Below, piece by piece: positions 29,450 through 44,962 of a stretch of DNA of 64,000 nucleotides; position 1 is the first letter of the stretch, and each line of letters starts with the position of its first letter. The stretch lies in NCBI RefSeq assembly GCF_009914755.1, contig NC_060929.1; one strand, written 5' to 3'. This stretch comes from the human T2T-CHM13v2.0 reference genome, Homo sapiens. The notes below the pieces were generated by a model. The model did not search any database. It had not been told where the DNA came from and worked only from the letters and a program-made list of their open reading frames with translations. Position numbers and translations under genes: made by a program.

Positions 29450-29855
29450 GCAATTGTTCTCATAGTGTGATTCCAGGACGACGAGCAACATCAGCATCAC
29501 CTTGGAACTTTTGGAAAGGCAAAATATTGGGCCCCACCCCCAGAGTTTTGAGATTAGTATTAACAAGCCCTACAGGTGATTCTGTTGCATGCTAATGTTT
29601 GAGAACTACTGCATTGAGTGTGGACATTTTTAGTAGCATAACACTCATTTCAGATTTAGAAATCAGGTTTAAGGGATATTTGTCTTTTGTACAGTTAGAT
29701 TCCCAAACCTGGCTGCTCATCCATTTGTAAAAATACAGTTTTTCTAGTTAAGAATTACTGTTTAGGAATTCCTAATCTGTGATAAGCCCAGTAACTTGTG
29801 TTTTTACAAGTCTACCAGATAATTCTGATGTAACCAGTCCATTTTGGGACCACTG
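29450..29855. mobile_element. MER5-like hAT-Charlie MITEs (two pieces)
   Basis: agcatcacctgg.., taacaagccctacaggtgattct..., tttgagaactactg. Confidence 0.65.
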
Positions 29856-30100
29856 CTATAGAAGGAATTCTAAAAATAAAGTAAGGTTCAACACTGATAT
29901 TTGAATAATGTATGTATCTTTATGCCCAGACAGTTAGCATATGTTGAAATTAATGACTGAACATTGATCAAAATGCTAAATAATATGGAAGTGCTATATG
30001 TATAAACTGTACTTCGTTCAAGTATCAGCGCTTTAAGTGAAATAATACAAACCATTTTGAATGTCCTGCATCTCTTATGATGCTCATAAAATCTCATCTT

Positions 30101-30425
<325 letters not shown>

Positions 30426-31744
30426 CTACTTAGGTGACAGAAATGTATTTGAATTTATTTTATATTTTTAGTTTTCTGAGAATTTATATTTGCCATGCTG
30501 TCATAAGGACTGTGGAGTCCTCATTTTTGCTCTTTAGTATAATGGCCTTTGGTTTAAACAGACCTGGGTTTGACTTCCATTTGCAACCCTTATTGGCTCT
30601 GTGATGATGATCAAATTACCTGAACTTTCTGAACCTCAAGTCTTAATTTATAATGACAAAATGGACACATATCTACATACATAAAACATTTATAAAATGA
30701 AGAATATATTTCTAATTCCAGGATGGCTGTGAGATTGTTAAATCACAAAGTAGTAAGTAATTTCTTCCCAACTTTTTTCATATTAAGGCATACCTAGAAA
30801 ATGGTAGTATTTGTACAGTATCCTGGGGAAACTGAAGAGAGTGCTACTGGAAGCAACTGGCCAGGGTATAACAGCTGCCTTAAAGGCTGAGGCAATTAAT
30901 TTCTTGGCATACTTACAATTCATTTATGGTGAGACAACATGTTGGGAGGCTCTGAATTTACAAGTAAGGTACTTACTAGGTAACAGTGCCTAATAAATGT
31001 TCCTTCCCTTGAGATTTATGTTGTGGAGGGATATACATAACCCAAGCTGTTAAATAACAAGGTTATATGTGACCAAAGGTCAAAACGAATGATTCGGAGA
31101 AGGTCTTGTAAATTGTTAAGGCAAGTTTTGTAGAGGAGTTTCTATTGGATACTTGAGATGTGCCAACCACCAGAAGACAAAAATTCTGCTTCATCGGTTT
31201 TATCTCCTTTTTATTATAGGAAATTTCCTATAGTACTTGTTTTCAAAAACTGGTTCTCAAACTTGGCTACACATTGGAATTACCTGGGAAGACTTAAAAT
31301 TACCCGAACTCTACTCTCAATCATTTTGATTTAAGTGATGTGGAGTATAGCCTAGACGTTGGGATACAAGCACTCTTAGTATATTATCTTACATATAACA
31401 TCATTAAAATGACCTATGAGCTATGTACAATTTACAGATGAGGAAATTGAGGCCATAAGAAGTTAACTCACTTGCTCAAGATCAGCTAATTGGAGTCAGT
31501 CAGGTTTTAAACCCAGGTATTTTAACCCCTGAATCCATGCTCTTAACCACTAGCCTGTTCAGTTTTTTTTTTTTTTATATGACATCTCTAAGTATCTCTC
31601 ATATACTAAAGTGGAATAACAGAAAAAAAAAGAAAGGCTTCCTTCACTTTATGTCCTTTAGAGGTCCAATTCCTCTGTCCATCTTTTATAAACTCTTCAA
31701 AATAACTGTCTGTATAACTTGTCTGTATTTCATCTCCTTCTATT

Positions 31745-32000
<256 letters not shown>

Positions 32001-32593
32001 AATGCAGTGCAATCACATTTAACAAATTGAAAATTCTTACTATGGCTTCTCAGTCCTTTGTGTGCATCTTAGCTACTTATCTGACATGATTTTTTACCAT
32101 TTTTCCTTTGCTTGCCTGCTCTGCTCCACCTTACTCTTTCATGAACATGGGAAATATGCCAAGCATACTTCTGCTTTAGAGGCTTTATACTTGATGTTTC
32201 TTACCTGGAATGTTCACACCATATAACCCCATGGTTGGTTTCTCATTTAAATTAAATTTATATTTAAATGTCACCTTATTAAAGAGGTCTTTCTAACATG
32301 TATTTATTTGTTGATTTACCTAGTCCCTCACCAAATGAATGAATGAGACATGTTTCAGACCTAAGGTCATAATCAAATGAGGGACATATATCTATATACT
32401 TCATACAGCATTACAGACTTAAACAGAACTTGAATAAGTTAACAAAAGGGGACAGACCAGTCATTAATTCATACCCTTGGGAAAAAAAAATCTATTGGAT
32501 ACATAATTTTTTTTCCCCGAAAGTTGATTTCTACTTACACACGTATTTTGTAAAGTATTTCAAAAATGTGGGAGAATTATATTGAAAAGACTA

Positions 32594-33062
32594 TGTATTA
32601 GTCAGGGTTCTCTAGAGGGACAGAACTAATAGGATAGATATAGCTACAAATGGGAGTTTATTAAGTAGTATTAAGTCACACGATCGATCACAAGGTCCCA
32701 CAATAGGCCATGTGCAAGCTGAGGAGCATGGAAGCCAATCCGAGTCCCAAAGCTGAAGAACTGGGAGTCTGATGTTTAAGAGCAGGAAGCAACCAGCACA
32801 GGAGAAAGATGCAGGCTGGGAGGCTAAGCTAGTCTATCTAGCCTTTTCACGTTTTTTTTTTTTTTTTTTCTGTCTGCCTTATATTCTAGCTGCACTGGCA
32901 GCTGATAAGATGGTGCCCACCCAGATTAAGGGTGGGTCTGCCTTTCCCGGAACACTGACTCAAATGTTTATCTCCTTTGGCAGCACCCTCACAGATACAC
33001 CCATGATCAATACTTTGCATCCTTCAATCCAATCAAGTTGACACTCAGTATTAACCATCACA
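32594..33062 (-). mobile_element. MLT2A-like solo LTR (ERVL)
   Basis: tgtattagtcagggttctctagagggacagaactaatagg ... tgacactcagtattaaccatcaca; TG..CA ends; near-TSD gacta/gaata. Confidence 0.88.
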
Positions 33063-34494
33063 GAATAGTAGGAAACACAGCCCAATAGGTCTGCACAGCT
33101 ACAACCATTAGTTCTGCCATTGTGTCATGGACTTATTAACTGATTCTTTAAATTTTATTTGTATGTATTCCAGACTTTTTCCAATGAATACTCTAAAAGG
33201 CTAAAAAAAATTAATTTTCAGCTTTACCTCTAAAACAGTATTGTTCTCACTTTGTTAGAACACTTTAACTAGAAGGAAGTACAATACAGTTTTAAAATAA
33301 TGTCATAAAATGTGTGTATACACACTCATATTCATGTATGTATACATATAAGTACATACCTATATATTGCATTGACATACTGGACCTGGCATTTCCTATC
33401 ATTGCCATTCTGAAGTAGATAGACATTTATTACATTATTACATGTTTCTATTATCTTTTTTATTGGTGGTTTATCACACTAAAACAGAAAATGTCAATTT
33501 ATTTGGCTATCTTCCTACTAGACTAAAAGCTCCTTAAGGAAAAGAGCCATGTTTACTTTGACTTTATATAACCAGCACTTAATACTATGCCTTCTATAAT
33601 AAGTAAATAGTGTTTGTTGGATAACTATATTCATTTCAACAAATAATGAACAATTCATTCTTTTAGATTTACATGTTAGAGTCAGTAGGGAGTTTGGTTT
33701 ACAGGAGTGTTCATGGAAACTATGGTTTATTGAGTGTTTAATATACGCCAAGCACTTATGCTATCTCACTTAGTCTTTACAGGGTTACAGGGTGTTACTA
33801 TACTCCCTTTTTTATAGACTAATAGCAACTAGCACAAGTCACTAGTTAAGCACTGACAGATTAAAACAGATGTACCTGACTCCAGAACATTCCCCTTCCA
33901 TTATCGAAATATTTGAGCTGTTTTTAGATGGAAAGAGTAAAAAAATTGAAAGAAACCAAGAGATATTTGCCATTTGATAGGAAACAGAACTGAGATCAAC
34001 TTATCCACCAACATGAAGTTTTACAGCCACTGGAAACTTTCTGTTGTTGTTGTTTTTTTTTTCAGTAAACATTTTTACATGTTAAACAGTACAGAGGAAT
34101 AGAACAAAAGGCATTGATTTATAAAGTAAATTATTTCTGCTTTTATTTTTAAATTACAAATTATTTTAAATGTAACGCTGTATTTTAAAGATGGTTAAAG
34201 TGAAGGCTGACTGGGCAAATTGATTTTAATGTCTACTGGGGAGTCACCAAGTTATACTGGAATTAGATCTTTAGGAATAGAACTTTTGGAGTTATGCTTT
34301 TAATTCTACCTAGCATATTGTTTGACTTTTAAGAATATTTGATCAAGTAATTTATTGTACTACCAGTAATCAAATGAAGCATTTGTTATGTAGTTTCATC
34401 TTGGTATATAATTAATTTTAATATGACCAGGAAGCAAGTACATGTAAACAACTATGGTAAGGAATATTTTGAGATGCTACTGCTCTTATAGTTC

Positions 34495-34525
<31 letters not shown>

Positions 34526-34675
34526 TTTGAGACAGAGTCTTTCTCTGTTATTCAAGCTGGAGTGTAGAGGCACAGTCATAGCTCCCTGCAGCCTCAAACT
34601 ATTTGGCTCAAGCCATCCTCCCACCTTAGCCTCCCAAGTAGCTGGGATTACAGGTGTGAGCCAATGAGTCCAGCT
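34495..34675 (-). mobile_element. Alu monomer (FAM/FRAM/AluJ piece) with a (TTTA)n tail
   Basis: Single-arm Alu sequence. Confidence 0.8.
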
Positions 34676-35693
34676 ATGATAGTTCTTTAACTGATACTCA
34701 TGGACGCCTGGTTATGTGGAAGAGTTTGAATGTCAGTGAATCACATAAAATTCTTGCAGAATTTAGCGCACATGTACTTTTTTTTTCTGGGGAGGAGATC
34801 CATAGATTTTATTAGATTTGTTAAAGAGTTTTTGACTTCTACATGTTTAAGAGCTGCTGTTAAATGAAATCTTGTTCTGACTCTAATCTTTTTTTGTTCA
34901 TTTATGTATGAGACCAGAATATAGAATTGTTATGTTCCCTAAAAAAACTGTTTACAGACAACTTTTACAAATTGACTTAATGTAATTTCAGATTAATATT
35001 TGTCAGTGGCTTTTAAAGCTGCATTCCATTTGTCTGTTCTTTTCCATTCCATTCAGATATTTCATAACTATGTGCTAAGAGATTTAGCTTTAATATAATT
35101 TTGTTATAATTTGAGTAATTTTCTCTTAATTAGTTTAGCTATTTTGGGATGAGGAATTTAATGTGTAGTCTTTTTGTTAATTCATATGTTTGTCAAATTG
35201 CTAAGATGTATATTACTGAAGATCAGTTTTAGTTTCTTAATTTTTTTGCTTTTATTATAAGTAATTTTCTTATGGGAGAAAATGTATTTTCATTTTGACA
35301 ATATACATCAAGTTATTGGGCTCATTTTACAAGTGTCATTAAAAATTATTTTTTACATGAATGTTTTTGGAGTGCACTCTCCAAAATTAGTTTTTTCATT
35401 GCATTTTAGGTAAGAAGATTGCTGTATCAACTCAAGAAAGCAGTAACTTCACTGTCTTTGTATTTTGAATTGCAACAACAACTTTGATATCAACAATGAA
35501 GCAATGATATCTAAGAACAAAAGAGTATTTGCCAACAGTCATCATAATATCAAGTGATTGTATAAGCAGAAACAAGCTGTCACAGACCTGTGCGTCAGCT
35601 AATATATGGAGAATGCTTTCTTCTGATACTATTTACTTAGAGGCAGTTTTAATATAAATCATTTCAATTATATCTACATCAAATAAAATAAAA

Positions 35694-35807
35694 ATGAGTG
35701 AAGCCCCCAGATTCTTCGTTGGACCAGAAGATACAGAAATAAATCCTGGAAATTATCGACATTTCTTCCACCATGCAGATGAAGACGATGAGGAGGAAGA
35801 TGATTCT
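35694..35807 (+). CDS. PPIP5K2: PPIP5K2 exon 2 coding part (exon starts at 35410): [38 protein letters not shown]
   Basis: aaaATGa start; donor TCT|GTAAGT; 114 nt, phase 0; acceptor ttttag| at 35409 with a pyrimidine tract. Confidence 0.93.
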
Positions 35808-37285
35808 GTAAGTTGTTTGTTTTTCCTTTGGCGAGAGAAGACCAATACAGTATAGGCTTTTTACTAATCACTGTTAGTCTTTTTTTGTTGGAAAATTTTT
35901 GAACTGAAAAAGTATATTTTGTTTCATGACTGATGTTGTTGAATCTATGATGAATCAATAAATACAGTTATGGGTCAAACCTTTATGTTGTTTAATGATG
36001 CCTATTTTAGTTTCTTTCAGTGATACGCATAGTGTAACTCAGTGTTAGGTAACAAAAGTGGCAAAGAGAAACAGTAATCTGGGCCATAAATCCAAAAGCT
36101 TTCTTGTATGTAGAAATACATAACAAATAATTGAAGATAGGTGGAAGGAAATAATTTTAAAGTTACAAAAGAAGAAGGATTACTTAAATAGATTCATTAA
36201 GCTTCTGTTACCAATGTGAGTTCTGGTTGAACCGAAGATACTCATATTTATTAACTTCAGAAGTCTGAAAACTGAGTGGCTAGAAGGGTAGGCTACCTAA
36301 AAAGTATCTATGTGTTTGTGTGTGTGTCTAAAACTTGTTCTCTTTCTGATATCATGTTCTATCCATACTGGATCTTAGGAATGATATATATTTATTATGC
36401 TCATTTTGCTATAGTTACATTAGACCAATATTTTTCTTACTCATCATTTAATTTTTTAAGTAGAGATTGCTTTACTGTGAATACTGATTTAAAATACAGA
36501 CCTACAGTATGTGTTTGTTTTTCATATATTTCTAATTGGAAAGAGAATTTAGTTTTAAGAGAAAAACCTGTTCTATTTTGTAAAAATAGTAAAAACAAAC
36601 CAAAAATATTGATTAGATGACTCTTTAAGCCCCTTTTTATATTAACAATATCTTTCACAGTGGAGTTACACATATCTGAAATGCAAACTCTACTGTTAAC
36701 TCATTTAAAACCTTCAACGCAGAGCACCTTTGCTACCTCCTGCCCCTGAAAAACTAGATTTTCAGGCAGGCTTCTCTTACCAGCTCAAACTTTTCTTCAT
36801 CTGAAGTTTTATCTAGAAGTCCTATAAGTAAAACATGAAAGCAGAGCGTCTCTGGCTCACTTAAACTAGAAAGCACTATTGACTCAGCCTCTACTACCTT
36901 TGTCCCCTTTTTCTAGAGTTTTTCTGAACATGGTATGAACACCACTAGCAGATCAAAGCCAGGCTTCTTACATGTAAAGGCTTTTATGTCTCATCTATAT
37001 CTACATCCATACCTCTCTCCCATTCTTTCTACCCTCTATGTTTTAGTAACATCAAAATTTTTATTTCCACATATTTATTGTCATACCATGCGTCTTTGCT
37101 ATTGTATGTACTCTTTTACCTCTCTGAAATGACCTTATTTTGGGATACCTTGTGAATTATTTTTCATTCTTCCAAACCCTCCCCAGATTTCACATCATTG
37201 ACTCTTTCCATTCTCTTTGCTCTTTTTCCCATCACAGATTGGAATACTTCTTCCTCATTACTGTGTCTTTACGTTGCTGTATATA

Positions 37286-37615
37286 CAGTTGTCCTTCAAT
37301 ATCCATGGGGGATTGGTTCTAGGACTCCCTGTGGATACCAAAATCTGCAGATGCTGAAGTTCTTTTTATAAAATTATGTGATATTTACATGTAAGCTGCA
37401 TCTACCCATGTTTTAAATCATCCCTAAATTACTTATATCTAATACAATATAAATGCTGTGTAAATAGTTGTTATACTGTATCATTTAGGGAATAATAATA
37501 AGAAATATAGTCTGTATATGTTCAGTACAGATGCTTTTTTTCCCCCCAAATATCTTCAATACATGATTAATTGAATCCATGGATGTAAAACCCATGGATA
37601 TGGAGGGCCAACTGT
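37286..37615. mobile_element. MER2-like Tigger element
   Basis: tacagttgtccttcaatatccatgggggattggttc ... tggatatggagggccaactgta TIRs with TA flanks. Confidence 0.8.
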
Positions 37616-38362
37616 ACTTCTATTCCATGTATCACAATTTATTTTATTATTACTGTGTTCCCTGTTGAGGACAGGTAATTCTGTATATCTAATCTTCAGT
37701 GCATAGTATGATGCACTATTATCACTTTACAGAAGCTTGATTTAGTTCATTTGATGTATAGCTTTATATTTATAAAATTATTTATTCCAGATCATTCTCC
37801 TGTTTTTAAGATTTCTCTCCTGTTTTTAAGACTTCAAAGATGTGACTATAGTTTTTTTAGACATTCAACCTAACAAAATACCTCAGATCTGTTTAAAAAA
37901 TTATCTTCATGATTTTAAGGTTTTACCTAACAGAGAAACTCTGCGATTGTGCCTTAAGAATGTAAGTTTATTTATACATTTTAAACTTGAATGGTTCCCA
38001 TTCATCTTAGCCAGTGAGCAGATATTCATTAAATAGATTTATAATAAATAAGACAATATATTAGCATTTAAAAAAATTGTAAAGCAATGTGAAATGTTAG
38101 GTTAGAGTACATTTGTTGTCTGGGGAAATCTACTTTAGGAACATTATAATGAACTGTACCAAAACTTTTGATCAGGAAAGCATTGAATAAGGGCATATAA
38201 AAGTGGATGTTCAGAGGGATAAATACAGAAGATTCCAGGAGAGTTAGCATTTATAATCTATTTGATTTACCAATCAACTCTAGTACAATTTGAACTCTAC
38301 ATTTCATGAGTTTGAGGAGACAATACAGAAATACTGTTCTAGGCATAAAAAAAGAACAATTT

Positions 38363-38664
<302 letters not shown>

Positions 38665-39556
38665 TTAATTAATTCTGATGTTATCCAATTTTATTTTTAG
38701 TTATATTAAGAAAAAGCCCAGAAAAGCACTTTCAAGCCTAGATTATAATGTTGTATGAAATATATAAAGTATCATGCAAGAAAGAAAAATTGAAATGAGA
38801 ACCTCAACACAGCTTTTGTATATTTGATAAAACTCTCAAGCACTTAAATGCAAAGATCACCAAATGAATCTTGAGTAATTTTATAAATCTAGGAGCTACT
38901 CATAAATCAGTTTCTATATCCTGCTTTTTAAGTTTTAGGCTGAATTGTGGCCTTTGAGCTGTTACGAGGATGCCAGAGATCAGTAACACCAATGAGTAGG
39001 AGTTTTGACTATGAAGACAGGAGGGGCAAAGAGACTTGACACCTCTGTTAGCAGTGTGGCTTTCTTTAAAGTTTTCTTCCAAGTTGTCATCAGTGACCAA
39101 CTAATATTCAAGTGCAAACTACAATAATAGTTTAATACTTATAGCTTTGTAGTCAGGACTATGTCTTACTTTAGGCAAGAGAATTCTTTATCTTTCTACA
39201 TAGAGTGGATGGGTTTTGACTGTTATTATACTTTACTGGTGTGAGGAGGATAAATAAATGCTAGAGGTAGTTAAAGAGGGGGTACTTTCTTAGTTTGAAA
39301 TTTCATTGAAAATAGCAACCATATTTATTCTGAAAGTGTTTTTGTTTTTAAATTTGTTTCCAGACTTTTGTAGAAAACTGTTTTTTAAATGTTTATTATA
39401 ACAATGATATAATTTTTAAAAATTCCTTTGTTTGTTAATGTGTCACTTTTATTTATTAATCACATGCCTTATCTACTTTTGGAAAACAAATGAAGATAGC
39501 TGTACTTTGGAGTTCATGTAAAGTTAACCCGATTTTTTGTTTCATTTTTGTTTTAG

Positions 39557-39752
39557 CCACCAGAAAGGCAGATTGTGGTTGGAATATGTTCCATGGCAAA
39601 GAAATCCAAATCCAAACCAATGAAGGAAATTCTTGAACGGATCTCCTTATTTAAATATATCACAGTAGTAGTATTTGAAGAGGAGGTTATTTTGAATGAA
39701 CCAGTGGAAAACTGGCCTTTATGTGATTGTCTTATTTCTTTCCATTCTAAAG
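39557..39752 (+). CDS. PPIP5K2: PPIP5K2 exon 3 ([16 protein letters not shown]...[13 protein letters not shown])
   Basis: ORF 39575..39829, Vip1-family N-terminus; AG/GT boundaries; 196 nt. Confidence 0.96.
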
Positions 39753-41534
39753 GTATTAAGGGGAGTGGGGGAGAAACTCCTTTATCCTCTCTGTTTATAA
39801 AACTAATACATATTAATTGTAGACTATGAGATAAAACAGAAAAATAAACATTAACTCACTTTCATGGACAGGTAATATTAACATTGTGATATATTTCTTT
39901 CCAGTGTTTGTCTTCTATGTGTATTATCATTTAATTTAGTGTCATAGTGTATGTGTAATTTTATATTTAACCTTTTTCACTATTATATCAAGAAGTTTTT
40001 TTCCCCTACCATGTCATTCTTAGATAATGTGGTTTTTAATGGTGGCATAGTATATCATTGTGTGGATATACCATAACATATTTAAATTTATCCAATATCC
40101 TAACATTTGGAAAGTTTCCAGTTTTCACTATTAAAAATAAGGTTGTGTGATCTTTTTCACTGCATATTTTTGTTTGCATCTCTAAGTTTCTTAGGACAAG
40201 TTCTTGAATTATTGAATACTTTAAGCCCCTTTCTATGCTTTATAGAACAAGATCTATCATTTTTCATATACATATTCATACTTTATTTTTAAGAACTTAA
40301 TAATTTGAGATTTTTAGACATTCCTTGCTATATCTTATTAATCAAACTGAAATATCACTTCAGCTTAAGTATTATGTCATTGTAAATTCCACTAATCAAA
40401 ATTATTGCTGAGGGTACATCTGAAAATTCATAGCCTAAGAATTTGTGAATTAAGTGAATTTCCCACTAAGAACTATTAATTGAAAAGATGTGCTCTCAGT
40501 TGTAAATGTATTCATATTTAATCATCACTTGTTACCAAAATATGTTCTCCTGAGCTATGTTAAAGTCTTACTTCAGCAAGAAGAAGATGGAGCATGGTTT
40601 TGCTACCATAGCCTAAATTGATGTTCATTATTTCATAGAGAAGTCAAGACACTGATCTTCAAAGACTCAGGCTGCTCATTTTAGAGAACCTTAAAATTTC
40701 TTCCTCCTTGAGAGTAAAGCATTCTTCCCTTACCCTCACATGGTTCTTCCTATTAGTGTTATATTTGCCTGTAAAAACTGGGTGTTATAGCTAATGTCAT
40801 ATTCCACATACCATCTCTTGGTAGGGAAAAAGTTTCTCTTTAACAAAAACAAAAGCAGGAAACTGTGTAGGTGTTTTCTATTTGCTGAATTCTGTAAGGA
40901 GGCTTCAAATCATAGACATTGAGACATCTTTACAAGCGATGAATTCTGAGAGTCTTTATAAAACTTTCAGGATTTGTAATTTGTGGCTAAGTGGTTCTTG
41001 ATATAAGGTATCTGTATTTAAATTTTAAAAACTAAGAGGAGTTTAGGAATAAATCTGATTTAACTGGCCACAGCTTTTTGTTTTAATTTCAGCATGTTTT
41101 AATACTTTTTCTCTTAACTATTCTGGTAGTACTATAAAATATAGTCTCTTCACAGGTATACTTAGTATTCCATAGTTGAATACTAAAGTTATGTATGCTT
41201 GCTGATTTTTATCCTTTTCCATAGATATTTATTAAAATATTGCCTCTTAAGGAATAATAACAGGTAACATTTATTGAGCACTTACTATGCCAGGTACTGT
41301 GCTTAGTGCCTTATATCCACACTATTATTAATTCCTCAAAACTCTACTAGGTAAGACTGGTATACTACTCTTTTGTGCTGGTACCAGAGGCTTAGAGACG
41401 TTAAATAAATTTGCCCAAGGTCACATAGCTAGTGAGAGATGGAACCAGGATTTGAACGCTGGTTTATGTCTTTAACTGTTACGGTATACAACTGATGATG
41501 TGTATTGATGGATAAAATTGGAGACTTTGTGTCA

Positions 41535-41831
41535 ATTTTTTTTTTCCCCCTGGAGGACAGGGTCTTGCTGTGTCAACTAGGCTGGAGTGCAGTGGTATAG
41601 TCATAGCTCCCTGTAACCTCAAACTCTTGGGCTCAAGTGATCCTCCCACCTCAGCCTCCTGAAGGATAGAACTACAGGTTGCACCACTACCCTCAGCTGA
41701 TTCTTTTGAATTTTTTGTAGAGATGGGATCTTGCTATGTTGCCCAGGCTGGTGTTGAATTCCTGGCATCAAGCACTCCTCCCAACTCGGCCTCCCAAAGT
41801 ACTGGGACAGGCAAGAGCCACTGCACCTGGC
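41535..41831 (-). mobile_element. Alu (AluJ-like)
   Basis: Antisense diverged Alu. Confidence 0.88.
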
Positions 41832-42072
41832 ATTAGTGCCAATATAGAGAATAAAATACAATCATTAAAATTTTTTAGATTTTGGGGGAGGGGACCTGTT
41901 CTTCACTATATCTACTATTTGATTTGTTTTCATTGTAATTAGTACTTTTACCAGTCTACAAGTTTTAGGGACTTAATTTCTAATATTTTAATGTTGACCT
42001 AGCAATAGCATGATTCTGCTCATATATTTTGAGCATATATGTCATATATGAATTAAGTTTTGCTTCTGTAGC

Positions 42073-42376
42073 TTTTTTTTTTTTTTTTTTTTTGAGATGG
42101 AGTCTTGCTCTGTTGCCCAGGCTGGAGTACAATGGCACGATCTCCACTCACCGCAACCTCCACCTCCTGGATTTGAGTGATTCTCCTGCTTCAGCCTCCT
42201 AAGTATCTGGGATTACAGGTGTGCGCCACCACACCTGGCTAATTTTTTGTAATTTTAGTAGAGATGGGGTTTCACCCTGTTGGCCAGGCTGGTCTCGAAC
42301 TCCTGACCTCAGGTGATCCACCTGCCTCGGCCTCCCAAAGTGCTGGGATTATAGGCGTGTGCCCCCATGCCTGGCC
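42073..42376 (-). mobile_element. Alu (AluSx-like)
   Basis: Antisense dimer with poly-T. Confidence 0.93.
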
Positions 42377-42835
42377 CACTGTTTTTAAAGGCACATAAGT
42401 CTTTGAATATCAGCTAATTTATGTGTGTAGGCATCAAAATATCTAAGTGAAAAGAAGAGATGTTGAATACATTTTTTAAAAATCACCAGGTGATTCTGAT
42501 ACACCCATGTTATTTACATATAGATTTCTCTTTGTGTATGAGGTGAATCTTACCTTATTTCAGGTGACTGACTAGTCAGACCTTCACTCACATGTCAGTG
42601 CTCCAAATTTGGTTATATAACCACTGGTTTGTTGTGCCTTAATCAAATTATGAAAAAATAAGATTTAATATATAAGTTAAATCAAGGTTTATGTATATAT
42701 TCCATACCTTTTATAGAAGGGTGTTATGTGTTAATGAAATGAATCTTTTATGGGAGGTGGCATCAATTCAAGTTAATAAAGTATAGATGCTTATCTTGAG
42801 ATAATACAGAATATGTTAATAATATGTGTTCTTAG

Positions 42836-42926
42836 GATTTCCACTGGACAAAGCGGTTGCCTATGCAAAACTCAGGAATCCATTTGTAATCAATGACTTG
42901 AATATGCAGTATCTCATACAAGATAG
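42836..42926 (+). CDS. PPIP5K2: PPIP5K2 exon 4 ([22 protein letters not shown]...QDR)
   Basis: cttag| ... AG|GTGAGT; 91 nt, phase 1-2. Confidence 0.95.
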
Positions 42927-43192
42927 GTGAGTGGTGAAGTTGGCTGAATTAAGGGAAGGAAAAATAACATTAATTTAGTACCTACTGTACACTGACATGG
43001 CATCAGGTGTTTTTGCATTATTAATTCATTGTACTTTCAAAATAATACTCAGAAATAGTTATTTATTACCTAATTTTACAGATGAGGAATCTTGATAATT
43101 AGGAAGATTGATTAATCTACCCAAAGTCACAAGTTCCCCACGTAGTAGGACAAAGACTTAACCGAGATTGTTTAATTTCCAGAGCCTACTAA

Positions 43193-43565
<373 letters not shown>

Positions 43566-44489
43566 TATAACTAGATTTTTTAAATGGTAAAGTATACCTA
43601 TTTTGAAAAATATTATACTGTATATCTTAGCATTCATTTAACAGGTAAAAAGCATGGATTTCTAATAAATTATAAAATATGAGTGTATTTATGTATTTCA
43701 TTCAATCAATGTTTCACTCCTATAGCTATTCTCATAATCTCACCAGCATTCTATTTTCTTGTTTTACCATTACAATATGAGATTTTATGTGTATGAAAAA
43801 TGCTTTGTAAATATGAGACCTTATGGTTTTTTCACTTTATTTTTTTCTATTCTTCCAGAGAGTAACATTATTAATATCTAAAATTTAAAACATTTTCTCT
43901 ACATTTACATATTAATTCATATATATGTGTTTTTATATATACAGCTATAGCTATAGAAATGTATGTTCGTTTTAAATGGTTTGAAAAGTAAAAGCGTACC
44001 GAAAGCCATTTAATCTTGTCACTGTATCTATCATATTTTTTTCCTATAGAAAACAATACATACATAACAATCACATTTTACCAAATTAGAATCACTTTTC
44101 TCTAGTATGCTGTGAACATTTCTCCATGTCATTAAATACTATTTAAGCATAAGGCTTTTAATGCTTAGGTAATGTTCTATCATTGTGATAATATCAACTT
44201 TATTCAGCCATTTTTAAAATACATTTATGTTCTCAGTTTTAATAATTAGTTTCTCAATAAGCTAGAAAAGAATTGTGCATAAATTTGTGTTCTTATTGCT
44301 GAATATTTCCTCAGAATACCTTTTTTGAATATTCGAAGTGACATTTGTTTATTTAAAAAATAAAAAGTGTTGAGATATATACCCTTTTTAGTTATAGAAC
44401 AACAATAATGTCTTTTAAGAAAACTACAATAATATATTCATTGTGAAATGGAGCAATAAAACAATAAGGATGTTTCCCTTTTTCTTCAG

Positions 44490-44575
44490 GAGAGAAGTAT
44501 ATAGTATTCTTCAAGCTGAAGGTATTTTACTTCCTCGTTATGCTATTTTGAACCGTGACCCAAATAATCCCAAAG
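44490..44575 (+). CDS. PPIP5K2: PPIP5K2 exon 5 ([28 protein letters not shown])
   Basis: ttcag| ... AAG|GTAAGA; 86 nt, phase 2-1. Confidence 0.95.
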
Positions 44576-44962
44576 GTAAGAGTAAGAGATTTTAGGTAAG
44601 CTTCCTTTGCCACTTGACATACTTTTGGGCCACATTCTTACAATAATTAACTGGAAGGAATTTAAAGAATTCATAGTATTCTATTCCATTTTAAAAAATA
44701 ATCTAAACAGACAAACATATTCAATTAAAAGGTGACACTGAGTTAAAAGGCTACCTAATAATTTAGGAATTATTTATCCTTCTCTTCTTTGGCCTACTTT
44801 TGACATATCTCTAAGAATCATGAGTTAGAATTTTGAAATTACATACAAGTAAATGTGTATTGATTAAAGGTGAACAAGTGATTTATCTATGACTATTGAA
44901 TTAAGTATTAGAAACTTCATGCTACAATGCCAAAAACTAAATACTGGCCAAGAATTTGGAAA

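Noticed and set aside
37796-37831. Direct repeat tctcctgtttttaaga x2 with a 20-bp period
   Set aside because: Simple local slippage duplication in intronic DNA; no further structure.
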